36,527 bases of DNA from a virus (taxonomy: Duplodnaviria > Caudoviricetes): positions 1-36,527 of IMG/VR virus record IMGVR_UViG_3300005764_000039. One strand, 5' to 3'. Both the position numbers and the translations under genes were made by a program. The notes below the pieces were generated by a model. It ran no database searches. It was given only the letters and a program-made list of their open reading frames with translations, and had not been told where the DNA came from. Shown here piece after piece: positions 1 through 8,538 of the stretch. Position 1 is the first letter of the stretch, and each line of letters starts with the position of its first letter.

Positions 1-159
1 GCCCTGCAGCAATTCGGCCGCGGAATTCAGGCCCTCGAATTGCTTTTGGATCTGGCCGAAGGCGGAATCGACATCCTTGCCGAGCTTGGTCAGGCCCGCA
101 TTGATGCCGGCGAATTGCCCGGTAAAGCTGATGATGACGTCGCCAAGCTTAGCCGCCAT
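1..159 (-). CDS. Probable tape measure protein, N-terminal part (runs off the window)
   Basis: ATG at 159 opens MAAKLGDVIISFTGQFAGINAGLTKLGKDVDSAFGQIQKQF... with no stop to position 1. It lies directly after the tail assembly chaperones, the canonical TMP position. Confidence 0.75.
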   Translation of the reverse strand, partial: MAAKLGDVIISFTGQFAGINAGLTKLGKDVDSAFGQIQKQFEGLNSAAELLQG

Positions 160-493
160 TCGGCTTCGTCCCCGCCTTGCTGCGGAAGAAACTCTTCATT
201 CGCCCCTCGAGCTCTTCCTGCTGCTTTTCGTCGAGCTCCTTGATCGGAGATCGGCGCATATACGGAATCAGATCCTCGATCTCAATCTGCGCATCGCGCG
301 ACATCTGCTGCCGGATCTGCATGGCGCCGAGCATGACGAGCCGGGCATCGCCGAAGGGTTCGAGCTGGTCGTAGGCCATCCATTCGATCAGCTCGAAGAT
401 CGTCATGCGCCGTTCGAGCTCGGCGACGGTGCAGCCGAAAAGCGCCGCGAGGCGGAAGCAGAATCTCCGCACCGGGCGCCGGATCAGTTTTTT
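149..493 (-). CDS. Tail assembly chaperone GT extension (reached by -1 frameshift)
   Basis: The -1 frame relative to 484..849 reads ...RRFCFRLAALFGCTVAELERRMTIFELIEWMAYDQLEPFG, typical of gpT-like segments. Slippery heptamer A AAA AAC at 493-487. Confidence 0.8.
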   Translation of the reverse strand, partial: KKLIRRPVRRFCFRLAALFGCTVAELERRMTIFELIEWMAYDQLEPFGDARLVMLGAMQIRQQMSRDAQIEIEDLIPYMRRSPIKELDEKQQEELEGRMKSFFRSKAGTKPNGG

Positions 494-849
494 CGCGCAT
501 CCTCGACGGCCTCGGCCTCGGTCTGCTTCACCAGATTCAGATCTTGCGCCAGGTTGAAGAGATGGCTGAGCGCCTGCGCGCTCTTGGCCCCGAGCGCCTC
601 GATATCGTCTTCGGTGAAGAGCCGATTTCCGTCCGCGTCGCAGATGGTCAACACCAGCAGACGCGAGCGGAAATCGGGATCGACGGTGCCATTCATCGCC
701 CCGCGCATCGAGATGATGTAACGGTCGCGCTCGGCCATGGTCATGGTGCGCAGCCAGACCGTCGCCCCGTTCCATCCCGGCACATCGACGACGGCCTTTA
801 GCGTCACATCTTTGACGCCGAGGATGTCTTCGCGGGTCCAGGCGACCAT
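484..849 (-). CDS. Tail assembly chaperone (gpG-like)
   Basis: Lies between tail tube and TMP; contains ICDADGNRLFTEDDIEALG; ends at the slippery site (EDARKN*). Confidence 0.85.
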   Translation of the reverse strand: MVAWTREDILGVKDVTLKAVVDVPGWNGATVWLRTMTMAERDRYIISMRGAMNGTVDPDFRSRLLVLTICDADGNRLFTEDDIEALGAKSAQALSHLFNLAQDLNLVKQTEAEAVEDARKN

Positions 850-1320
850 TTATGCCGCCGCCTGCTGCTCGGGACCGGCGCCCGCCGCAGCGGCTGCGAG
901 CAGCGTGCCCCAGGTGTAGGTGACCGGCCCGGTGATCTCGAGCGTGATCGCGAGCTCGACCTTGCTATCGGCCTTGCCGCTGATCTTGAATTCGAGACAG
1001 TAGGCCGTGAACACCGCGGTCGTGCCGTCGGTGAAGGTGACGCGCAGGGTCATGATCGCCTGCGCCGTGCGCTGCGCGGAGAGATACTGCTGCCCGGGAT
1101 CCTTGCCATGGAAATTGCAGGTCATGGTGAAGGTGCCCTCGTCGGGCAGCCCCGGCAGTTTTTCCTTGGCGACAGAGGCGAGGTTCGTGATGTCGATGAT
1201 CGCCGCCTTGCCGCCCGGCCCGTCGAAGCTGATGACCTCGCCGAGCGGCAGATAGGTGCTCGGCGGCGTCTGCAGGTACTCGACCTTGGTGCCCTGCGTG
1301 CGGATAGCATTGCTGGCCAT
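850..1320 (-). CDS. Major tail (tube) protein
   Basis: Motifs IDITNLASVAKEKLPGLPDEGTFT and ITLEITGPV; strong RBS AAGGGAGGG; position in the tail operon. Confidence 0.85.
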   Translation of the reverse strand: MASNAIRTQGTKVEYLQTPPSTYLPLGEVISFDGPGGKAAIIDITNLASVAKEKLPGLPDEGTFTMTCNFHGKDPGQQYLSAQRTAQAIMTLRVTFTDGTTAVFTAYCLEFKISGKADSKVELAITLEITGPVTYTWGTLLAAAAAGAGPEQQAAA

Positions 1321-1332
1321 CTGGCCCTCCCT

Positions 1333-1803
1333 TTATGGCTGTCCGTCGTCTTCGGCGTACCAGAATCGAAAATCGATGCTGCTGCGCCGCGTCCTATCCA
1401 TGGATTCGAACATGTCGCGCTCGCTCTCCATGGTCGTCTCTTGTACCTGCAGCACGCCCATCTGCCCGCGGAAGGCGTTTAGGCATTGCCGTACGGCCAT
1501 GCCGATCAGATGCGCCGAGGCATAGCTGCCGTTGTACTCCGGGGCATCCGACCAGCTATCGATCTGGATCAGCGGCCCGCAGAGCTTCGAATAGCCGTCC
1601 ACCGAATAGACCCGATCGGTCGAGACGCGCTGGAAGGTGATGAAGGGCGCCGGCGTGTTCTGCGGCGCTGGCGAGGGAAAGATGTTGTTGCCGACGAGGC
1701 TTTGAAGCTGCGCGTCGGCGAGCATGAACTGGCGCAGGTTATATTCAAAATCCTGCGTCTGCAGCACGGCCAGGACGGCGGCGGCGCGCTCGCTCGGCAT
1801 CAC
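1333..1803 (-). CDS. Tail terminator (DUF3168-like)
   Basis: APQNTPAPFITFQRVS...IQIDSWS motif; follows the HK97 gp10-like gene. Confidence 0.8.
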   Translation of the reverse strand: MMPSERAAAVLAVLQTQDFEYNLRQFMLADAQLQSLVGNNIFPSPAPQNTPAPFITFQRVSTDRVYSVDGYSKLCGPLIQIDSWSDAPEYNGSYASAHLIGMAVRQCLNAFRGQMGVLQVQETTMESERDMFESMDRTRRSSIDFRFWYAEDDGQP

Positions 1804-2264
1804 TTGGACTCCTCGACGGCCTTGTCGAGATCGGCGGCCAGTACCTTGACCGATTCATCGATCGCGGCCTCGCCCTTGGAATCCAGCGCCGGACGCATAA
1901 ACGGGTGCGCCGCGGCCCGCTTGGTCCCGAATTCGACGAGCCGGCCATACCAGCCGGCCTTGGACGGGCCGATTTCGAATTGCACATAGCTCGCGTTCGC
2001 CGGCACCCGGCGGATATGGATGCTGCGCTTGAGGTTGCCGGGATAGCGCTTGGTGCGCTTGCCCTTGGTCACCCGCTTGCCCTCTTCCTCGCCGGCCTGC
2101 GGCTGGCGGACCGGAGCGCGATCGGCGATCTCACGCTGCAGCACCGCAGCGCCGCGGGCGATCGCGTCCACCGCATATCTTTCCTGCAGGATTTTCGGAA
2201 AGCGCGAGAGCGCTCGCTGCAGCTCGGCGAGACCCTTGACCTCGACCTTGATGAACTCGGCCAT
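1800..2264 (-). CDS. HK97 gp10-family tail completion protein
   Basis: VKGLAELQRAL...APV...GNLKRSI...YGRLVEFGT...HPFMRPALD signature; ATG at 2264 is coupled to the upstream stop. Confidence 0.9.
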   Translation of the reverse strand: MAEFIKVEVKGLAELQRALSRFPKILQERYAVDAIARGAAVLQREIADRAPVRQPQAGEEEGKRVTKGKRTKRYPGNLKRSIHIRRVPANASYVQFEIGPSKAGWYGRLVEFGTKRAAAHPFMRPALDSKGEAAIDESVKVLAADLDKAVEESK

Positions 2265-2593
2265 CAGCGCTGCCGCACCCGGCACAAGAGCCGGATGCCC
2301 TCCCGATAGCCGACGCCGCTCTGCGATTGGATGTCGTAGATCTCGCCCTGGTAGAAGATGATCCAGTCGGCCTCGAGCACCGTGCCATAGGGAATGATGA
2401 TGGTCGCGTCGATCGCGGCCTCGGCCTGGCGGCTGGCGGTGTATTCCATCTTGGTGACGCCGCGGATGTCGGCCCAGATGTTCGTGACGAACTGATAGGT
2501 CGTCGGCGGCTGGCCATAGCCGTCGGGCGAGCCGGTCGGCTTGCGCAGCTCGACGTAGCAGGAGCGCTGACCCGGACCCACCATCGCCCTCAT
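2264..2593 (-). CDS. Head closure (stopper) protein
   Basis: DGYGQP...IWADIRG...YQGEIYDI pattern typical of the SPP1 gp16/phage head-tail joining family; gene position agrees. Confidence 0.85.
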   Translation of the reverse strand: MRAMVGPGQRSCYVELRKPTGSPDGYGQPPTTYQFVTNIWADIRGVTKMEYTASRQAEAAIDATIIIPYGTVLEADWIIFYQGEIYDIQSQSGVGYREGIRLLCRVRQR

Positions 2594-3309
2594 GCGAACA
2601 CCGGAGTCCGGTAGTTATCGAGCAGCGCCAGCGCGCCGATGTCGGGCAGGGTCGCGAGCGAATAGCCCATGGCCGACTCCCGGTTCATGAACCAGGTGCC
2701 GATCATCAGCAGCATGGCGTGCTTGATGTCCTCGGGAATCATCGACGGGTCGCCATAGCCGGCGGTGAACTCGACGACGACGCTGTCGGGATAGCGCAGA
2801 CTCGCCGGGAAGACTGGCTTGCCGTAGACCAGGCCGCCGAGAAAGTCGTCGGGCAGCACGCCATAGCTCGCCGGATCGACGAGCGTGCCATCGACCGTGA
2901 TGCTCTGGACCGAGACCAGCGGCGCCTTGGGCAGCACGAAGACCTGGCGCCCCTGCAGCGCGTAGTAGCCGCCCGGCATGGTCAGCGGGTCATAGGCGAA
3001 GCTGCCGCCGCGGATTCCAGCGGTGAACAGGCGCCATTGCTGCGGCGTCAGCGCCATATCGACATAGTGCTCGACCTTCTGGGTCGCGGCCCGCACCAGG
3101 CTCTCGACATAGTTCTGTTGCACCGATGCCTCGGCGCTCGCCGGATCGCCCAGGCGCAGATGGTCGCAGACATCGGCGAAGGGAATCGGCAGCGCCGTCA
3201 GGTCGCGCTGCACGGCCTGCAGCCGATAGCCCTGATCGACAGCCCACATGAAGCGCAGGCTCTGCGCGCTCCAGGCATTCCAATAGGCGGATTCGATTCC
3301 GGTCGTCAT
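2590..3309 (-). CDS. Head-tail connector (gp6 / phiE125 gp8-like)
   Basis: DHLRL...LVRAATQKVEHY...PLVSVQSIT...VEFTAGYG...IPEDIKHAMLLMIGTWFMNRE. Start taken at ATG 3309. Confidence 0.85.
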   Translation of the reverse strand: MTTGIESAYWNAWSAQSLRFMWAVDQGYRLQAVQRDLTALPIPFADVCDHLRLGDPASAEASVQQNYVESLVRAATQKVEHYVDMALTPQQWRLFTAGIRGGSFAYDPLTMPGGYYALQGRQVFVLPKAPLVSVQSITVDGTLVDPASYGVLPDDFLGGLVYGKPVFPASLRYPDSVVVEFTAGYGDPSMIPEDIKHAMLLMIGTWFMNRESAMGYSLATLPDIGALALLDNYRTPVFA

Positions 3310-3500
3310 GACACCGTTCCCACCGGATGAAAGCCGGGCAGCAGGCCGAGGAATCCCAGCAGCACCAGCAGCAGGATGATGATCGTGATGACATAGGCGA
3401 TCTGCTTGAAGGGCGGCGCGATGGGCAGAAGCTGAACGGCATAGATGATCAGCCCGAAGATGACGACGATGATCAGCAGGGTGACGAGCAATTGAATCAT
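3306..3500 (-). CDS. Small two-helix membrane protein
   Basis: 64 aa with two long hydrophobic stretches separated by LPIAPPFKQ; translationally coupled to both neighbours. Confidence 0.7.
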   Translation of the reverse strand: MIQLLVTLLIIVVIFGLIIYAVQLLPIAPPFKQIAYVITIIILLLVLLGFLGLLPGFHPVGTVS

Positions 3501-4063
3501 GGCACCATCGGCCCCTTGGCCTTCTGGGCGACGAGCAGCCAGTCGGGACCGGGCGGCTTCGAGCCGACGTCATTGCGCACCGCGCGCCAGCTCGAGCCAC
3601 CGAGCGCGACCTCATCGCCCTGCTGATAGATCGTCGTCGCTTCCCAGCGCCCGCGGTGGATCGGCAGCGGTAACCTGACTTCGAGGTTGATGCGCTCGCC
3701 CGAGGCCATGCTGTTGGTTATGGTCAAAAGCCGCGGATCGGCTTCATCGACGAACCCGGAAATATCCCAGAGGCCATTGGCCAGGAGGCGCCACATGCCG
3801 CTATCGCCGGGTTCGTCGCCGGTATTATCGAGCGCCTGCCAGCAGCCGCCGCGGTGGGTGACGATGGCGCCGGCGAGATAGGCGATCCCTTTGACGAAAC
3901 TATGGGCGTGGTTGATGCGCACCGGATCGTGGCTCTCGCGGAGCTTCCTGTCGATGCGCTGCTCGAAGTCGCGCTGCTCCTCGCGGATGCGCAGGAACAT
4001 CGGTTCGACGGCGTCGAGGACGAGCTTGGCGACCTCGGTGGCGAAGGGACTGGGCGAGCTCAC
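3497..4063 (-). CDS. Portal-adjacent virion protein with two Trp-rich repeats
   Basis: GTG at 4063 overlaps the portal stop (GTGA). Two Y..G..V...G..W.A....G..P...W.L.A repeats resemble extensions seen on or after some HK97-type portals. Confidence 0.65.
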   Translation of the reverse strand: MSSPSPFATEVAKLVLDAVEPMFLRIREEQRDFEQRIDRKLRESHDPVRINHAHSFVKGIAYLAGAIVTHRGGCWQALDNTGDEPGDSGMWRLLANGLWDISGFVDEADPRLLTITNSMASGERINLEVRLPLPIHRGRWEATTIYQQGDEVALGGSSWRAVRNDVGSKPPGPDWLLVAQKAKGPMVP

Positions 4064-5433
4064 GCCGCCCACCGTTGCAGCCGGCGCTCGACCTCGAGCT
4101 CGAGCGCCCTCTTCATCTCGGCCGGCATGTCCGGCGGCATCTTATCCGCGCCACCGGCACCGGGCGGCGCGCCATCGCCGCCGGGCACCCCGCCGCTGCC
4201 GACCGCGCTCGTCGCCATCTGCTTGAGCATCGACAGCGGCACCATCTGCTGCTGCATGAAGGCTTCGTCGCCGCCCTCGACCGGATTGAACTGAAAGGCG
4301 GCCTCGCGAGCTTCGTTCGGCGTCGCGATGCCGCCCTGCACGGCCTTGGCCCAGCTCGCGACCTTGACGTCGAAATCGGTGCGAAAGAGCTGGTTGACGT
4401 CGAAGGATAGATACTGGCTCTGGCGGTCGAGCTCGAAGAAGCTGTTGATGCGGGCCTCGAGCGCGGCGAAATGGCTGCCGAGGCAGGAGCCGTGATAGAT
4501 CTGCATCATGCTCTCGGCCGATTTGGCCATCATCCGCGTCATGTCGCCGATCAGGAACGCCGGGATCTGAAAGACCCGGGCGATGTCCTCGATCGTCCAG
4601 CGGAGCTGCTCGATGAGCTGCGCATCGACCGCGGTCATCGTCATCTGCTTGTATTCGAGGCCGAACTCGAGGATCGGCGTCTTGCCCGATTGACCCGGGC
4701 CGCCATAGCTGTCCTGCCAGCGTTTCTTGAGCTCCTCGACCCTTTGCCGATCGACCTTGCCGGCGGTCGTCAGATAGCCGCTCGGGCGCGCCATGTTGGC
4801 GAAGAAGCTCGAGGTATGGCCTTGGATGCCCTGGCCCGAGGCGATCGTCGCCGCCGCGGCGATCAGCGGCGAGACGCCGATCAGCGGATGCGTCAGCGTC
4901 GCCATGCGGTGGTGCATGACATATTTCGCCGGCACCATCTCCTCGACGCGGATGTCGATCAGGGGATCGCTGGCGACGCGATAGAAGACCTCGCCCTCGA
5001 ACACGTAGGGCGTGCAGCGGTCGGGCGAGAGGCAATACATCTCGCTGACCTGGTTGCGGTTGTTCAGCCGGCAGAAGACATAGGCGTTACCGCGGTAGAG
5101 CTGGCTGGTGACGATCGCCTTCATCAGATCGACGCCGGTCTGCCACGGATTCGGCTGGCGCCAGACGTCGAGCTCGGCCGAGCTCATGAGCTGGCGGCGC
5201 GTGCCGTCGGGATTCACCTTCCAGTGCTGCAGCGGGATCTTGGCGACGTCGCTCGAGATCCGGTCGATCGCCGCGAACACGCCGCTATAGGTGATTTCGT
5301 TCGCCCGATAGGGCGTCAGCCCGGTCTGGAAATAGGTCGATGGCCAGTTGACCCGATAGCCCGCCATCTGGCGCCGGACGAAGCGCGGCAGGATGGCGCC
5401 AATCGACGAGCCGATGCGGGCGAGCGCGCCCAT
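4060..5433 (-). CDS. HK97-family portal protein
   Basis: VFAAIDRISSDVAKIPL, RGNAY, IGVSPL, FFANMARPSG, DAQLIEQ...IARVFQIP, TPNEARE...PVEGGD. Confidence 0.95.
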   Translation of the reverse strand: MGALARIGSSIGAILPRFVRRQMAGYRVNWPSTYFQTGLTPYRANEITYSGVFAAIDRISSDVAKIPLQHWKVNPDGTRRQLMSSAELDVWRQPNPWQTGVDLMKAIVTSQLYRGNAYVFCRLNNRNQVSEMYCLSPDRCTPYVFEGEVFYRVASDPLIDIRVEEMVPAKYVMHHRMATLTHPLIGVSPLIAAAATIASGQGIQGHTSSFFANMARPSGYLTTAGKVDRQRVEELKKRWQDSYGGPGQSGKTPILEFGLEYKQMTMTAVDAQLIEQLRWTIEDIARVFQIPAFLIGDMTRMMAKSAESMMQIYHGSCLGSHFAALEARINSFFELDRQSQYLSFDVNQLFRTDFDVKVASWAKAVQGGIATPNEAREAAFQFNPVEGGDEAFMQQQMVPLSMLKQMATSAVGSGGVPGGDGAPPGAGGADKMPPDMPAEMKRALELEVERRLQRWAA

Positions 5434-5434
5434 C

Positions 5435-5647
5435 TCAGCGCCGCTTGTAGCCGCGCCCGGCCGGCTCGGGCGCCATGTCGGCGGTGTGCTTCACGGCGTC
5501 ATCGAGCACCTTGATATAGCGGCGTTGCGCCAGCGCCTCGAGCTGCTCGCGCTCCTCGGCGCTGAGCTCGTCGCCGGCCTCGATGATTTCGTCTTGTCCA
5601 TACAACCGGCCGCGGAACTGGACCGGCATCGATACCGAAGCTCGCAT
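5435..5647 (-). CDS. Small hypothetical head-region protein
   Basis: 70-aa ORF filling the gap between capsid and portal; plausible composition. Confidence 0.65.
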   Translation of the reverse strand: MRASVSMPVQFRGRLYGQDEIIEAGDELSAEEREQLEALAQRRYIKVLDDAVKHTADMAPEPAGRGYKRR

Positions 5648-5661
5648 TGCGTTTGCCTATG

Positions 5662-5755
5662 GGAAAGGCCGGGGCCTCGGCCAGTGAGGGGGTACGGGAT
5701 CGACAAGTTAGGGTGAAGATTGAGGCCCCGGCGAAGTTCATGAGAGGAGGAACCC
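5662..5755 (-). ncRNA. suhB/alpha-r14-like structured element in the capsid 3' UTR (possible terminator)
   Basis: Minus strand reads GGGTTCCTCCTCTC-ATGAACTTC, then an 11-bp perfect stem GCCGGGGCCTC/GAGGCCCCGGC (5732-5722 with 5678-5668) around a C-rich loop, then CTTT. Confidence 0.4.
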
Positions 5756-5756
5756 T

Positions 5757-7184
5757 TCAGACGATCGACGTCGCCCAGGAGACGGCCTCGGGATGGCGGA
5801 CGCTCCAGGTGTGAGACATCCGAATTCGCGAAATGACCATGTCCTGTTGGAAAGCCGAGAGATAAGGCGCGGCCGGCGGCGTCGCGGGTGCCGTGTCGGC
5901 CTGAATCGTCGCTTCCTCGCTGGCATCGAGGACCGGCGCCATGTCGTCGGCCCAGATGATCTGCGAGCAGTCGATCAGCGCATAGGGCGCCGATTGATCG
6001 ACGGCGCTGATGGCGACCGTCGTCGAGGCGACGATCGGCCAGCCGAACAGCGTCCCGCGGTCGATCTCATCCTTGAAGGCATAGACCTCGACCGTGGCCG
6101 CGCGCAGCAGCCGCAGGTATTCCACCGTCCTGGGATTCATGATCCAGGCCGGCGATGTCATCGGCACGTTGGCCAGCCGAAGCTGGGTGATGATCGCCCG
6201 GAAGGCGTCGGAGACCTGGGCGACCGTTGCCGCGGCCAGGATGTTGCCGGCGGCGAGCTGGGCCTTATAGGTCAGGATCCCGGCCGGCGCCGGGGCGACG
6301 GCGGTGTTGACGAAGAACGATTGATCGATGGTGCGCGCCGTCCCTTGCGTCAGATCGTTGAGGACGAGGCGCTCGAAGCCGGGATCGGACCGGCGCAGCA
6401 TTTCGTTCGTGTAGGGTGCCAGCACGGCGAGCTTCGAGGGCGTCAGAGCGATCTGGTCGAAGTTCAGGCGCTGGGTCGTGATCGAAACGCCTTCACCGAT
6501 GTAGCTCCCGGTCACGCCGCCGATCTGGCGCGGAATGATGATCTTGCCGGCGCCGTTGAAATTGAGATTCAGCGTGTTCGGGAGCTTGTTGACGATCAGC
6601 AGCGGACGCAGCAGGTCGATGAATTGCTCGCCCATATGCGTGGTGATGATCAGCGCCGAGCCGCCGCCCGAGCCGATCGCCTCGCCGGTTGACATCGGCG
6701 GCACCGCGGCCTTCGTGTGCCATTCGTACTGGCGCATGATGTCGCCAAAGTCTTTGTTGCCGTAGCGGTAGATGGCGATCTGCTCGGCCAGCGCCATGTC
6801 GCCCTTGGCCAGCGCCTTGCAGAGGAACATGCGCACGAAGCCGGCGCCGACATATTCATCGATCACCGGATTGCCGACGCGCACGATCTTGCCGCGGCCG
6901 TCGCGCTCGATCGCGGACGGCTGGGCCGGCACCGTCGCCGGCAGTGCGGTCGTGGTCATGAGCGGCTGCGCCCGGGTCGCCAGGATGCGCAGGTCGCGCT
7001 CGGTCGCCTCGATCTGGGGATCGAGCTTGTCGAGGAGTGCCCGGCGCTCGGTCTGCTGGGTCTCCTCCTCGGCCGTGAGCTCGCGATTTTCGTCGAGCGC
7101 CTTGGTCAGCGCCGACTCATAGGCCGCGACGGCCTCGCCGCGCTGCGCCTGCAGCGTGCGGAGCCTTTCACTGAGTCTGGACAT
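5757..7184 (-). CDS. Major capsid protein (HK97 fold) with N-terminal coiled-coil (delta-like) region
   Basis: RBS AGAAGGA before ATG 7184. Motifs FIDLLRP, IPRQ, YIGEG, LTPSKLA, PAWIMNP, LFGWPIV, FQQDMV. Confidence 0.93.
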   Translation of the reverse strand: MSRLSERLRTLQAQRGEAVAAYESALTKALDENRELTAEEETQQTERRALLDKLDPQIEATERDLRILATRAQPLMTTTALPATVPAQPSAIERDGRGKIVRVGNPVIDEYVGAGFVRMFLCKALAKGDMALAEQIAIYRYGNKDFGDIMRQYEWHTKAAVPPMSTGEAIGSGGGSALIITTHMGEQFIDLLRPLLIVNKLPNTLNLNFNGAGKIIIPRQIGGVTGSYIGEGVSITTQRLNFDQIALTPSKLAVLAPYTNEMLRRSDPGFERLVLNDLTQGTARTIDQSFFVNTAVAPAPAGILTYKAQLAAGNILAAATVAQVSDAFRAIITQLRLANVPMTSPAWIMNPRTVEYLRLLRAATVEVYAFKDEIDRGTLFGWPIVASTTVAISAVDQSAPYALIDCSQIIWADDMAPVLDASEEATIQADTAPATPPAAPYLSAFQQDMVISRIRMSHTWSVRHPEAVSWATSIV

Positions 7185-7914
7185 GTGGGGCGTCCTTCTG
7201 GGGTTCGACGCCGTTCGACCGGCGATATTTGAGACGGTGAATCTCGAGATCGGCCTTGTAGCGGCGGACCCGCGCGCTCGGGCCATCCACGGCCTGCGCA
7301 GGCTCGCTGAACAGCGCCCGCAGCATGAGCGGCGTGGCGCCGAGCGATCGGGCGAGCTGCACGGCATCCTGATTCGCCGGCACGCTGACGACCGAGAGCT
7401 CGATCAGTTTGTTCTGGCTGTAGTTGAAGCCTCCTTTCCAGCGTCCGCCGACCAGGCGCTCCTCGCTCTTGCCGGGCAGGAATCCGACCGAGACGGCATT
7501 GAGAAACTTGACGCCCAGGAGCGTGGTGACGAGATCGGCCATGGGATCGGCGCCCTTTGGCAGCATCTGGACGCGGGCGACCGACATCATCGGCGGCTTA
7601 GCGGGATCCATCGGCGTCGCCGGCGGCAGCGACTTGGTCATGTCCATCGGGACGGTCTTGAATTCGAGAACCTTGCCGATCGGCGTCCGCCCGGATTGAT
7701 GGCTCCAGAGCAGCACCGGGTTCGCGCTGAAAGCCTCGAGATCCCAATCTTGGGCGATGGAATCGCCGAAGCGATCCTCGCGATCGGTCGAGGCGACGAA
7801 GCTGAAGCTGCGGTCTTCATCGACGTCGCTGAGCTGCGACAGCGGCGCGCCGATGTCCTTTTTCATCACGCCTTCGAGATCCAGAATCGGCTGCAGCTCG
7901 AATCCGCCGTCCAT
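7168..7914 (-). CDS. HK97-type prohead protease
   Basis: FVASTDREDRFGD, NPVLLWSH...PIGK, LNAVSVGF, ELSVVSVPANQDA. Start is 7914 or 7866. Confidence 0.92.
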   Translation of the reverse strand: MDGGFELQPILDLEGVMKKDIGAPLSQLSDVDEDRSFSFVASTDREDRFGDSIAQDWDLEAFSANPVLLWSHQSGRTPIGKVLEFKTVPMDMTKSLPPATPMDPAKPPMMSVARVQMLPKGADPMADLVTTLLGVKFLNAVSVGFLPGKSEERLVGGRWKGGFNYSQNKLIELSVVSVPANQDAVQLARSLGATPLMLRALFSEPAQAVDGPSARVRRYKADLEIHRLKYRRSNGVEPQKDAPHVQTQ

Positions 7915-7928
7915 GATTTCGCCCCCGC

Positions 7929-7965
7929 AAAAGAAAACCGCCGGCCCGGTAAGGGGTCGGCGGTT
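7929..7965 (-). terminator. Intrinsic terminator-like hairpin upstream of the protease gene
   Basis: 12-bp stem with one mismatch (AACCGCCGACCC / GGGCCGGCGGTT) followed by TTCTTTT on the minus strand. Confidence 0.6.
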
Positions 7966-7976
7966 CACGTTGCAGG

Positions 7977-8006
7977 ATATTGCGGTTGCGGCGTCGCCGC
8001 CGTCAA
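7977..8006 (-). promoter_or_regulatory. Candidate sigma70-type late promoter
   Basis: TTGACG-N18-CAATAT on the minus strand. Confidence 0.45.
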
Positions 8007-8015
8007 GCCCTTGTG

Positions 8016-8510
8016 TTACTTGCCGAGGGGAACGAGCCGGATGGTCGCCATGGCGCCGTCCAGGTATTTCTGCGCCCAGGCAGCCGAGGGATCGGGCGCC
8101 TCGATCAGGGTGCGGTCCGGCGAGCTCGACATGCGCTCGACCGGCGCCGGATGCTGCAGGGCGCGGAGGATCGGCATCACGGCGATCGCGGCGCCGAGCA
8201 GCGCCAGGATGACGAGCACCAAGGCGATGCCGGGCCGCTTGCCATAGGTCGCCTTGCGCGCGGCTTCCTCGAGCTCCGCAGCCGCGATCTGCTCGGCCTT
8301 GGTCGCCGCCGCCATCATCTCCTTCATCGCGGCGAGCGGATCGCCGGCGCTGCGCGGGCGCTTGACGCCGACGGCCAGCAGGAAGAGCAGCGCCAGGATC
8401 GGCGAGATCAGGAACGAGAGCAGCGACCAGGCGACCGCGGAACGGCCGCGGCTGGCGGCGCAAATGCCGACCAGCACGGCCGCGACAAACCAAAGCAGGA
8501 AGATATGCAT
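8016..8510 (-). CDS. Membrane protein (moron-like)
   Basis: Three hydrophobic segments; N-terminal A.SRGRS...W.LLS.LISP pattern common in phage accessory membrane proteins. Confidence 0.7.
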   Translation of the reverse strand: MHIFLLWFVAAVLVGICAASRGRSAVAWSLLSFLISPILALLFLLAVGVKRPRSAGDPLAAMKEMMAAATKAEQIAAAELEEAARKATYGKRPGIALVLVILALLGAAIAVMPILRALQHPAPVERMSSSPDRTLIEAPDPSAAWAQKYLDGAMATIRLVPLGK

Positions 8511-8538
8511 CAGGAGCGCCCGAAATAGTTCTTGCGGG

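Noticed and set aside
1-7914. Gene transfer agent cluster
   Set aside because: Replication, recombination and many accessory genes are present, and the gene order differs from RcGTA.
7168-8493. Extended N-termini in the ORF track (protease from 8493, capsid from 7367, connector from 3615, MTase from 20892, lyase from 16022)
   Set aside because: The extensions overlap upstream genes or regulatory sites; internal starts have SDs or coupling overlaps.
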